Source of the DNA: the human T2T-CHM13v2.0 reference genome, Homo sapiens
Strand: one strand, 5' to 3'
Assembly (NCBI RefSeq): GCF_009914755.1
Contig: NC_060934.1
DNA length: 64,000 nucleotides
The notes below the pieces were generated by a model. It made no database searches. It saw only the letters and a program-made list of their open reading frames with translations, and was not told the origin of the DNA. This document shows, one piece after another, positions 1-12,425 of this stretch (positions are counted from its first letter, which is position 1; each line of letters starts with the position of its first letter). A program made the position numbers and the translations under genes.

Positions 1-647
1 GATTTACTAGGGACGGGACTGGCTGAGGAACAAGATATCATTTTGTGAAATAATTTCCAACGTTCAAATTCTCCTCACTCTTGTGGCTAGTCCCTTTCTA
101 AATTGAATGGGGCCCTCTCAATTCCCACCAGGATTATGGACAGGCAGAGTTCAGGCCCACAGCACCACAGACATGAGTCAATGCAATAAGCCTAATGATT
201 CTAGACTCTTTTCCTAGTCTCACCTCTGCAATGTTGCCAAATTAATTTAATTAAAAATGTCATTCATCCACCATCACGGTCCCTGCCTGTTTCATATAGT
301 AACTCTAAGCCTGGCTAGGAAGAATTTCTAAAACCTAAACTCATTCTACATCTCTTACTTTATTTTCTACTATGTTTCAGTCCAAACCCTTGCCTTCATT
401 ATTTCATGAATGTGACCCATGTATTCCCTAATTTTAAATCTATGCCTTCTCTGTGGCCTCTTCAACTGCTGATTACTCTTTGTGTTCAAACCTTGGGCAG
501 TCTTCGAGGCCAACCTCCAGGCTTGATTCAGCAAACTACTTGTGCCCTCATTGACCTCTCCCATCTCTGAATTCCCATGCTACTGGGAGGAAAAAAATTC
601 TAAACTGCCTCATTATGTTCATATTCAATTATTCTTCAATTCAATGT

Positions 648-835
648 AATAATACCTGACAATTGTATAAAATTTACATATGCTATTGCATTTGGTCCTC
701 ACAAAATGGCAGAATAAAGTAGATATTGTACTATAATCCCCATTTTACAGACAGAGAAGCAGAGGCTCAGATATCCAATCAAGACCCTGCAGCTATGTGG
801 TAGAGTTAGGATAGAGACCCACTAGCCTTGTGCCA
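648..835 (-). mobile_element. MIR
   Basis: Core ccccattttacagacagagaagcagaggctcag. Confidence 0.7.
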
Positions 836-2859
836 TACCACTTCCTCTCCAGATGGAGTGCAGCCTTCTTGGAGAGGAAGAGGAAGCATAAGACATAGTG
901 TCTGCTATCTACAGAGCCTCGCCTGGGGCTCATGCAAAAATGATGGGGGTTGACTGATTCATAAATCCTTCATAGAGGAGGACAAACTGCCCTAGAAAAT
1001 AACTGATGTGTCTGTTGGGTGGTCTAGGAAAATGCAGAGGAAGCAGATGTATTCAACCTGTACCTAACCCTAACCCTGCTCTGTAGAGACTGTCATGTGG
1101 GACACTAATAATCCCCAGAAGTCCTCTCTGGGACCCCGTGTGGGGTGGTGGTATCAGGAAGACTGATCCCATCGGCTGAGGGGAAGTTCTTCTGCTTATA
1201 GAGGGATAACTCCTAGTTATCCAACTGATTAAAGATGAATGACCCTTCAAGTGGCCCAATTTTCCCTCACCCTCTCCTATTCTAGGAGAACAAGGATGAA
1301 GATAATGAAAGCTGATAATACTTAGACACTCTGAAGACTCTTAATTATGAACTAGATGATTAATAAGCTTTGCATCCCATTTGATCCAATCAAAATAAAT
1401 AAAAAAGATGATATCATATGGATATGGATTTTTATGGAATCTATCTATAACCAAGAGAGTAGGTCTAAGTGATTTGAAGCTTTCCTGGCTACCTCTGGAT
1501 ATCCTGGATAAACTGCCTACACTGGAATAAAAGCATCTAGCCAGCCAGAATATTATGAGACAGACTAATTTTAAAAGGAGGCAAGTCTTTGCAATGTACT
1601 TCAAATTAGAAACTGATATTATTATTCATAAAATTTAAGATCACAGAAAAATATTTTGTGAGCTAATAACAATAATGGATTTAGTGTGAATGACATGATA
1701 TGAATTCATCATTGAGAAAGCAATAATATTTATATAGAACATTTTCTCCTGAACTTGGGACAACACCCCAAGACTGCCCTGAACCTGATGGGATCCAAGC
1801 TGAAAGCTTTGTATTCTTTTGGTTTTCTTCATGCTGCCATTTTACTTATCTTATCAGAGCTGTGTACCTAAGAGTTTATCTTTCTAATATCGATTCTTCT
1901 CATGTTTACACTGGACGGGGCATGTGTGTTCAATAAGTTGTGTAGTTTTTAGTTTTACCAAACAGAATAAAGCCTCTTCACTTTATCCCAGACATCATGG
2001 AATAGTTATCTTCTAAGATGTGGTCACCTTTGATGGGTCAGTTTGTGGTCAATCATCCATCAATAGTAATGATGATAACATCAAAATGGGCCCCCCTTTT
2101 TTAATCTTAAAACATTTTTCTTAGACCTTGAAATGACTCTAATGTAAATAGAAAACAGTTTTTGTTACTCTGCAGTACTGATCGATTATGATCCCATGCC
2201 AGCTGGTTGTTTAACTGGCTTTACTGGGAAGTCATCAGTTATGGGTTTGTATCAACAGGACTATTAATCCTTTTGATGGCAGCAGGCTTCTAATTATAGC
2301 TCTGCTCAGTTGAAGAGATGTGATCCAATAGCCACAAATATATGTATTCCATGTTGAAATGAATTGGAGCATACCGGAAAGTAGTATAAAAACCCTAACA
2401 ACTCTTTAGCATCCATATACACTCTGTATTCTTGAGCTTTGAGTAATATGGAGACTCCTGAAACAATGATAGCAGTTGACTTCAGAGCAGTTGTAAGGCT
2501 CAGGATGTCTACCTGAATAATTATTCCTAAGAGTAAAACATTCTTCTAGGAGACAAAGAAAATGACATAGATTGCTAACAGAGAGAATGGAATATGTCAA
2601 TTCTTTATAAATTTCTCAATAAAACACACACAGATCATTTGCTTTCAAGAAACTCAGGTGGCGAGAACCCTTTTGTTTGTTATGAAGTTCTTTTAAATTT
2701 TATCTAACAAGACTTCAATATTATATCTGAACTAAGAGTCTCCTTTCCCATCTTCATTCCATATTTCTTATCCACGATAGACCTAGATAGGTATAGCAAA
2801 AGCAAAATACGGGCATTACAAGTTGACCTCAAAAGTGGTTGGCAGCTAGGTAGTTTTAG

Positions 2860-3015
2860 AATTCAATGGAAGAGCTAAAGTTCCAGCCCTATCACCTCCT
2901 AGCTATAGGATCTTAAGCAAATAATTTGACCTCTTCAAGTCTTTGTTTTCTCTTCTGTAAACTGGGGATAAGGTTACGAATTCCCAACGTTGTTCTAAGA
3001 CTGAATCAGATGACT
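2860..3015 (+). mobile_element. MIR
   Basis: Core ttttctcttctgtaaactggggataa. Confidence 0.6.
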
Positions 3016-3020
3016 CAGCA
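3010..3020 (+). promoter_or_regulatory. Consensus ARE/MARE (ATGACTCAGCA)
   Basis: Exact NRF2/NF-E2-sMAF consensus at the end of a MIR. Confidence 0.3.
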
Positions 3021-5407
3021 CTCAAAAGTGATAGTAATTTCCAAAACTAAGGTAATAATAATAGTGATAATAGTAACTGTTTGTAGAAAATGCCCCCAAA
3101 AGGCAATCATTCAACTGAACAAAAACTGATAGGATCAATTGTTTCTATTTTTTTCATTTGTATCTGCTTTACTGCCTCTTTATCTGGTGTTGCACTGTAA
3201 TCCAAATGCCCAACAGGCTGTGCATTGGGCTACTGTAAGATTTCACAAATGCCTAGTATAATTCTATAGAGTATTAAAGAAGAAAAAGTGAAAATTATAT
3301 TTCCATGAAGGCAGCCACACAGTCTCATAAATGCTAAATAATTAGCCAAGATTTCTTGACAGAGAAAGCCATAAGTCACTTTAATGAGTGGCCACAGGAG
3401 TTTGTTATTCTCCTTTTTTCCTAGTTTTTTTTTTTAGAGATGAGAGCTTTCCTTGCCTGGTTGGCTTAGCACGGATCTACATAAGAGGCAGAGATCTGAA
3501 CCAGTCATATGTCTTGTAAATATCTCTTGTAAGTTTTCTTCTCTAAGAGCACGTACTTTTTCACTGTTACACTTTTGGAATGATGTCCAAGACAACCTAC
3601 CCACTAATGCTTGTTTTCTCCAGCTTATCTGCAGACTACAATTATTTCAATCACAGTTGTTACCAGAGTAGAATTAGTGTTCATATTTGCCAGCAACTTC
3701 TATGTAATAAATCAGAGCTAAGCTACTACATAAAACAGAGTCTTTCCAAACAAGTATTGCTTGATTTTAGTTTTCACTAAACTGTCTTAGGAATCATGAC
3801 TGACCAATTCTACTCACTCGTTCCACTCCCTCCACTGATTCTAGCCATCCCTTTTTTTTAGGGAACCCTTATTTATCTAGAAAAGGAATGGGATGGAGTA
3901 GGTGATTCAAATAGCACTAAATGCATATGCACTTATGCACATATACCAGAAGACAGAGTGAAAGTTCTTCGAGGGCAGGGTCAATGAGCCATGTATAGGT
4001 ATGGAGTGGTTCATGTGGGTGGGCACCCACACAACGTGTACACACAAACATCCCCAGCCTCCCAGCACAAATATATGCTCTCCATCCAACCCCAACCCCA
4101 CTCTGGGACCACTCACAAAACAGGACAGCCTAGATGAGGTGATTAGAAATGGGGGAAAGGAAAGAGAAGAGAAGTCCCAGGTCTGAATGGAGAGCTGAGA
4201 ATCTAGACACAAATGCTGGCATGGGGAATGGAACCTCTGACCCCTGGATCCATACTCCTCTCACATCTACAGGAATTTAGTCCTAGGGAAACAAGAATAG
4301 ACTATTCATGTAACCACTACATTCTGCTTCCTATGCCTTTTTTTTCTGGATATTAAAATTGCCACCTATGTGCTAGGAGGCTGATAAACAATAATCTATA
4401 ACCAGGGATAGCCAACAACCCCTAGCCATTGGGGAGCAACAGCCTGGAGCTCACATTTCTGAAAGAGAGGGCATCCTAGAGAAAGTAGCTCAGGGTACAG
4501 TTTCAAGGCACTTCATATCAAGGCTTCCCAAATAAGAAGCCCTCATATTCATACAGGGGATGGCAGAGGCTCCTAAGAGAAAAGAAGAGCTCTCTATTTG
4601 CCAAAGGCTGGCCAATCAGGGCACGGTTGGGCAGGTAGGCTGGTACTCCCATAGCATAACAGACTGTCAAATCACTGTGGGACTTCTTTGGGCTGTTACT
4701 AGATGCAGACTTCAAAATTCTGTCTGAGCCTTCTCCAGATGTTTGCCTTGGACTCTTTGGGCCTCCCCTGGTCATCTCACCAGTCCCCTATTTAACTTAT
4801 GCCTTATACTCCCTTTTCTTGCCCTCCTACCTGGCTTTGACATAGTCCTGTCATACCTGGATGGCATGACCCTGGCAATGGCACCTTGCTATGGGTCTAC
4901 CTGTAAGGATTTGGAGTACAGAAGCTAAAACTATTGAATCGACAGCTAGAACCAGCCTGTTCTGAGTTCCGGACTGACAGTTGCGGATAATGAGATGCCT
5001 GAGACGTATCTCTTTCTTATTCTGAACCTTAGTATTTCAGCCAGTAGCCTAAGAGGTCTATTACAGTTCCAACTCTTGTACCTCTTGGCACATCTGCACT
5101 CAAGCAGAATGGCACACAAGCCCCTCAGCAGGGCACTCAAGGTCTACACTAACAAAGAGTACCAATGCTGAAGACTTGCTGATCCTGAATGTAGGAAGCC
5201 TGAGAACATCTGGAAAAAAAAATAATTATGTTTAAAAAACAGTTGTTCCATTTATCTGCTGCTTCACTTTGACGAACAGAAAACAATGTCACATAACATA
5301 GATAGTCACCACAAGGACACCAGCTTGTTTAAAGTTACACATGAATTTATATGTGATGCTGAAGGATAATTATAATGGCTTATATCTATTTCTAACATCT
5401 TGAAGTT

Positions 5408-5446
5408 TTGTTGTTGTTGTTGTTGTTATTGTTGTTGTTGTTGTTG
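5408..5446. repeat. (TTG)n microsatellite
   Basis: About 13 units with one interruption. Confidence 0.95.
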
Positions 5447-6025
5447 AGGATTTTTTTTAAGAACACACAGAGAAAGACCTGGTAGAAGTCTTTCTGACAT
5501 CTGGCATAGAAGACAATTATACCTTTATTGCACAAGGAAATAAAATAGCTGTGTCTTAGCTCCGTCTTTGGCTGACAGCTAAGGCCTGGAAGTTTTGTAA
5601 GTTTTCCTATTTAGGAGTTTTGTTGAGAGCCTAGCAGCCTCACAGCCAAAACGGAGTGTCTGAGATGCTGCTGATTAGAAGTCATGGGTCTGCTGAGTAC
5701 AAGGCTAGAGTCACTCCTTAGGAATGTCATAAAGGACCTGGGCAGTAGAAACCAACACCACCATGGAAAATCAGACAGGATGAGTTACCTTTAAAACAAA
5801 CTGTCATCATTAATAGGGAAAATGGCAATGACTTATTAACCCCTATGATTATACAATCATATCTTCAAGTATGCACACTTTTCATTTCCTTCTTGACAAC
5901 TTCATGAAAGTAATGTCTCATCTCCTGGAACATTTCTTTTCCTTTTTTTTTCTTTCCTTCTTGCTTCTAATTAACATTGAAAATCATTTATTTATCAAAA
6001 TTAGGTTTCCCCTGCCCATGTTTCA

Positions 6026-6347
<322 letters not shown>

Positions 6348-7998
6348 CTATTTCCACCATATCAATGACATCCACTAGATTTTTGGGTATAAATTTGGAA
6401 AGAAATATGATGAATTACCTGCTCAGTGGGGTGAAGTGTCTTTCTCCTTGCTTCCTCCTGCAGGCCCTTCTTTTAATTTTATTGTCCTATCTTTGAACTT
6501 CTCTAGAGATGTTATTCCTATCATTATAAAAACATCTCTGTGAGAGGCCTAGGATGGCCCCAGGAAGCCGATTTCTTAGGATTTTCTCTTCTGTCTCTGT
6601 GAATGGATCTCTGTATCCCCACTTTCTGTTGGGCTTCAGAAATCCTTTCATTTTATGAGGAATCACTGTGTTTTTCTGGGAAAGAGGAATGGGTCTCTGT
6701 ACTGAAGAATCTCACAAAAGAGAATCAGATGTTTCCTTCGCCAAGCCCCCAGATGAAAACGTTCATAAAGTGAGAATATGCCAACGTGCTGGGCAGGATC
6801 GCCTGCCTGCACAGGTCTGTACTGTAATTACATTTAAGCTCCTTTCAAAAAGCGAAATGCTCCCATTCAAAGGATCTTTTTACTGGTTACCAAAAGAACA
6901 TGTTATGAAATTCTAAGCAAAGTCCATTTCAATATAATACATGGGATATGGTTAATAGAATAGGAGGAAAAAGGACTGTGGGAAGAGCTTCAATCTACTA
7001 AGCCCCCAGATTGTAGAAGATCAGATTTCATGAAGAAAACCTAAAAATAAGATAAGAAGCATTCGGCTTTGTTTCATTCTGACTGCTTAGTGCCTACTCT
7101 TGGGCTAAGGGATGCTGACAAGCTAGTATCATCAAGAATTGTCTAGGAACTGTTATTCCTACCCTAGGATTATCACAGCTTGGAATGCCTCGCCTTTCAT
7201 TTTTCTCAGCTTACAACCAAGGCATGTCTAAAATGCAAAGTATCTATTTGAAATGACAAAAAAAGAAATGCAGTGAGAAAACAGATCCTGACAGTTGTGT
7301 TTTATAAAAGTCCATTCTGAGAATACAAGAAAGAAGTATACAAGTTTAAAAAAAATAAGGAAAAGAAAGCAGTTTTAAAGTAAGTCATTAGACAGCCCTA
7401 AGGCAAAAAAAAAATATTTCAAGGAGAGAAAATGATCACAATTTACTAATCAATGATGTTGAATGCAGTGCCAACATGCTTTAACAAATGCGATATTTCT
7501 TCCTAGTAGTACCATTTCATTTCTTTTAAAGTTGAATTAATAGTTTTACTAAACACTATGAAAACGATCAATAATTGCATTTCCTGAGGCATTTAGCCCA
7601 AGAAGTGCTTTTAAAAGGTATATCTTTTTATTTAGATATTTGTTAGATCTAAGCAAAATCAAATCAGGTAACATTATTCAGAAAGACATGAAAGGGTATC
7701 ATCATCCTGGTCACTTGGTGCACACCCAGGTGGAGTCAGGAACATGTAGGACTGATGATCAGGTAGGTTGTTACTTGGAAAACTGGTCCTAGCTTCTAAT
7801 TATTTGTCATTAGTCTTTGCTCAGCATAAACCTAAAAACGGGAGATTTATCTCTCTCTTTTCCAATGTCCTAGTCTTGAATTTTCAAGGGACATGGTGGC
7901 CTTTGTGATATCACAGCAAACTGAGGGCCCACAGGGATGATCCAGGAGAAGCCTCAGGCCCAGTGCTTCAGTGTATTGGAATGCTCGCTGCTTTAATT

Positions 7999-8162
7999 CA
8001 TGCATGCGTCCAGTGCTCACCACGTTCAGGGCCATCGGGGAAAGCACGTCAACATGCTTGGGCAGTGCAGGAAAAGAATCTGGTTAACCTGGAGGCGACA
8101 ACCGAAAGGGGGAGGTTGCATCATGCAAATGAAAACCACAGCTTGGCCTTAGCTGCCATGCA
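7999..8162 (-). promoter_or_regulatory. RBFOX (UGCAUG) splicing-element cluster
   Basis: CATGCA on + (UGCAUG in pre-mRNA) at 7999-8004, 8122-8127 and 8157-8162; extra GCAUG at 8003-8007 and 8053-8057. Confidence 0.6.
8021..8088 (-). other. Candidate 68-nt alternative (poison) cassette exon in KCNMA1 intron 3
   Basis: Minus strand: cctccccctttcggttgtcgcctccag|GTTAACCAG...CCTGAACGTG|gtgagc. Lies in a non-repetitive CpG-rich island with RBFOX motifs on both sides. TGA at 8049-8051 is in the exon-3 frame. Confidence 0.65.
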
Positions 8163-8940
8163 GAAAGGACCTACATCAAAGAGTCTGCAGTGCGGCTCCT
8201 GGGTAAGAGTCGATATGAGAGAGGTGAGTTACTTCAGCAATGAGAGACACAGGCAGAAAAATGTTCAAACCACTCTAAACAGAACACTGTACAGAGCGCT
8301 GGCATTACACGCGAGAAGAGGCAGCTTTGGGGACGAGGAGGGGCGAGACAGAGGGAAGGTGAGGACAGAACTGGCCGTTACTCAATGAAATGGCTTCCCT
8401 GGCCATCCTTTCATATGCATGTATTTTTATAATGTATTTCACTTCAACAAATAACCTCATGAGAGTTTTTAACATCAACCATAATTGTTAAGATGTTGTG
8501 AAAATTCAGGAGAAACAAGGCATCAGTTACATAAAGATACACACCATGGTTTCCTGTAGTTACAGTTCATTATAGAAGCAGAGCTGAAGCGGGTCAGATA
8601 AATAAGAGACAGTTAAGTGCCAACATCCTTAACACTTTGGTTACAGAGCTCATGATGACTCTCAAGGCGTAATGTAGTGTTGAAGGAACCCAACAGTCGT
8701 GAAAGCTCGGGTGGTGCAAGGGTAGGGACTCTATGCATCTATACCCCTGAAAGCCATTTATAACCCTGAAGTTAACCACGCTCTCAAGTGAAGCCATCTT
8801 TTCTTCATCTCAGCATGAATGACAGGTGAACAGTGAGCTCACCTCATACATATTGACCATTTAGCAGAACCCTAGTTACGAGCAAGATTCTCAAAGGTAT
8901 TTCTTATCAAAATCAATTCATCAGCAAAAAGCATATATAT

Positions 8941-8943
<3 letters not shown>

Positions 8944-8973
<30 letters not shown>
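8944..8973. repeat. (AT)15 microsatellite
   Basis: Read directly from the sequence. Confidence 0.95.
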
Positions 8974-8975
<2 letters not shown>

Positions 8976-9789
8976 CTTAACATTTCTCTTAAAGGAGTAA
9001 TAATACTGTTTTAAATTCAGTAGAGATTCATCAAGCTTCGCTCTAATGTCAAGGCTACACTGGATATCTAAAAACTAGTTTCCTGTAAACTCCCTGCTTA
9101 ATATAAGGCTTGTTATCATTTTTCTTGCCTCTTCTGCCTTTTATGATCTCTGGTACATTGAACACAACTCAAAAAATGGTACGGTCTAGTCCTAACTCAC
9201 AATTCCTGCCTCCTAGTTCTGACAGGGGAAGAGCAAGCCCCGTGCTTATAAATTACTCCTTCTAAAATGTTCTCCAGGAGTTCAGCCTTCTGATTCCCTG
9301 CGTGTATGATGGAGGCCTTGATAGGGAACTTAGGTCCAGTGTGAATGAGCAGTGCACTGCCTCACTTTCCACACTCAGTGAGACCTTAACATACCCACTG
9401 AAACTTGAGCACCACCCAGAACATGGGAGTGAATGCAGGTAGAAGCAAAACACAGGATTCCTCCCGACACTACCTTCCTCATTCCTTGAGATGCAGCTGT
9501 TTCCACTTGATCACAATTTATTCTCTCTTATAGATTAAAAACTCAGAGGCTTAGTTGAATGACATCTTTTCAAAGGATTATCTTTTTGAACAAAAACATA
9601 ATAGTCTGTACATTCATTCAACAAATGTCTCTGAGTTTTTTTCTTTGGTGACAGGCACTATGCTGGTTTTGGAGACATATAATTCAATAAGACATGATTC
9701 TTGCTCTGGAGTAGTTTTCCATTTAGCAGAGAAGTCTACCCAGATTTTAATTTCTGGCAGCAGATATGCAAGAGCAGCTTGTTTAAAAA

Positions 9790-9975
9790 TTCTACTGATT
9801 ACCTTGTATGACCTTGGATAAGATATTTAATCATGCTGTGCCTCAGTGTCCTCATTTATAAAATGCAAATAATACCTACCTCCTGAGGTTGTTGAGAGAA
9901 ATAAATGAGTTAGTAAACGTGAACTGCTTTGTTAGTGGCCAGCACATGATGGATGCTATGTCAGTGGTAGCTATT
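9790..9975 (+). mobile_element. MIR
   Basis: tgtatgaccttgg...gtgcctcagtgtcctcatttataaaatg. Confidence 0.75.
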
Positions 9976-10305
9976 ATGATCAGTAGTACTCAAATATAAG
10001 TAAGAAGCAAAGGACTCTGGAAGCAGAAGATCGCCTCTGCCTAACTTTTGCAGTAGGCCTTGAGTGAGGATTAGAAACTCATCAGCGTGAGAAGGCAGGG
10101 GAAGGGATGGAAGCAGAGGGCTAAGCTTGGGCAGAGAGACAGAAGCACAGAGAACACAGTGCATTCTGGGAGTGGAAGGACACCTCGTATAGAGCCTAAG
10201 TAGATTGTAAGGTTGGCAAGAAACAAGGCCAGACAGGAGACGGTGAAGCATCTGTGTGCCCTGGAAGCATGTCTGCTCTTTATCCTATAGGAAATAGGGA
10301 GCTGA

Positions 10306-10675
<370 letters not shown>

Positions 10676-11960
10676 TAGCAAGTTAATTCTGGGGACAATA
10701 TAGAGTAGGAATTGGAAGCAGAAGGTTGTGAAGACAGAGGTCAATTAGTCAAATTAAATCCCCACGGAAAAAAGTAACCTATGCACATACTAAGATGAGC
10801 ATCATTGTTGCCATATAATTACAGTATCTTAATATCCTGGGAAATACCCCTTCTTCAGGGCCTGCTGCTGTCAGAGTTCTTTAGGAAGAGGGGATTAGGT
10901 CCACAGTATCACTGAAGCAATTTCCTAAACCACATGGTTCTCTCTCCTACCACGGCCCCCATGTCTATTGCAGGAATCTGTGTCATGAAGAAATGACAGC
11001 ACATGTCTCTTAATCTTCTGGAAAAAAAAAAACCCACCCTAGTAAGAAGCTGTTCTTTCTGCTATTTGGAGAGCAGTCTCTAAATTATAGTTAGAATCGA
11101 CATAAAATGAACATATTTCAGTACCTCAAATAGGGGTACCTGGACATAGTAGACACATGCCAACAATTATAGACAAATTACAGATAACAGATTATAGACA
11201 AATTGTATACATGTGTTCACACCCAGGCACATAGAAAAATTACAGTGAACACTTCTGCTGCATCCACTATTAATTACCTAAAGAACTTGGTTAGTCATAC
11301 CGTCAAGCCATCAATTTAACTGCCTTTTAAGTGTCCATCCAACCCTGTGCACAGTTAGGATTTCATGAGCATGTTGGACTGGTTTTCTCTCACAGAATCC
11401 TGACCTTTAGATTTAGATGTCCTTAGTTTCCAGAGGGCTGCCTGAAAGTATGAATTCTGGGGTGTGCAGGGGGTAGGGGGTGAGGCTTTCTTTTGGCAGG
11501 AGTTGACAAGAGGAAAGATGCCATTTTCAGGTAATGTGCTTTCTCTTTAAAAAGTGACCAAGTGTGTTTGATACTCACTTAGCTCAATTTTAACCGTGGT
11601 GGGAGCTCTGTACCCTATGTTGGTAAATCAGAAACAGGAAAGTTCTGTCTGTGTGCTGCTGTGACCATGCGGTCATATTTGTTTGGTGGATTTCCATTTG
11701 TTCCAAGTCCATTCTAGTTTGGAGTTTCCATGAAGCCAGGCCAAGTGTACAAATGCTAACACAGGGAAAAAGAACCCTCTATACATGGACTTACGGAGAA
11801 GACAATACACACTGAACTTGGAAAAGGAGCACAGGCTGAGATTCCCTAAAGTGGCAGCCACCTTGCTGCACAGCAGACACTCAGGGAGATGCTCCAGGCA
11901 GCAATTGCTCAGCAGGAAGGCATGCTGGGGAAGGACCTCATTTCAAAGGAGAGTAGAACA

Positions 11961-12004
11961 GGCCTAAGTGCTGGGATTACAGGCGTGAGGCACCGCACCC
12001 AGCC
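11961..12004 (-). mobile_element. Alu 5'-end stub (~40 nt)
   Basis: aagtgctgggattacaggcgtgaggcaccgcacccagcc is the reverse complement of the Alu 5' end; the rest of the element is absent. Confidence 0.85.
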
Positions 12005-12254
12005 TGAAATTAGTATTATTTTAAAGTTCACGCATGTGACCTTATAAAAATGTTGGTGCTTATTTTTAAGTTATTTCTTTTTCTTTTTAAAATTTGGTTT
12101 CTCACAAGAGAATTTCATTGTGCTGATGGAAGAGTTCTGTATACTGACTGGAGAGGTAATAAAACAAATTTATGTGGGATAAAATGTCTTGGATCTACAC
12201 AGCAAAAAAAAAAAAGTGCTTGTAAAAACTGGCAAAACATCTGTACTTGAGTTT

Positions 12255-12425
12255 ACAGCAGTACGCCAATATCAATTTCCTGGTTTTGATAACATACCAT
12301 GCATGCCTATGTAGCATATAGCACTATCATGGGGAAAGCTTGGAAAGGATACAGAAACTCTGTCCTGTTTTTGCAACTTCTTGTGAATCTTAAACTATTT
12401 CAAAATGAAGTTCTAATTTTAAAAA
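12255..12425 (+). mobile_element. L1M (MC/MD-like) 3' end fragment
   Basis: ...tttttgcaacttcttgtgaatcttaaactatttcaaaat is a typical old L1 3' terminus. Confidence 0.65.

Noticed and set aside
1063-1077. cctaaccctaaccct telomere-like motif
   Set aside because: Only ~2.5 units; too short for an interstitial telomere.
2513-2545. 33-nt minus-strand microexon candidate
   Set aside because: Weak donor (gtagac), TAG in the KCNMA1 frame and no supporting motifs.
3940-4990. Possible ancient LTR-like sequence with a CCAAT box
   Set aside because: I could not assign a family, termini or TSD by eye; needs a Dfam search.
5606-5615. CArG box CCTATTTAGG
   Set aside because: Several are expected by chance in this much AT-rich DNA, and this one is isolated.
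8021-8035. MALNV as the N-terminus of MBNL2
   Set aside because: The following sequence does not continue APVRDTKW, and the host gene is KCNMA1.
7963-8388. 141-aa plus-strand ORF and plus-strand donors at ~8203 and 8224
   Set aside because: No matching acceptor or protein similarity; better explained as the reverse complement of the minus-strand exon's upstream pyrimidine/branch region.
11789-11960. Minus-strand gtaagt donor at 11789-11794
   Set aside because: Poor exonic bases (TCC) and no convincing acceptor.
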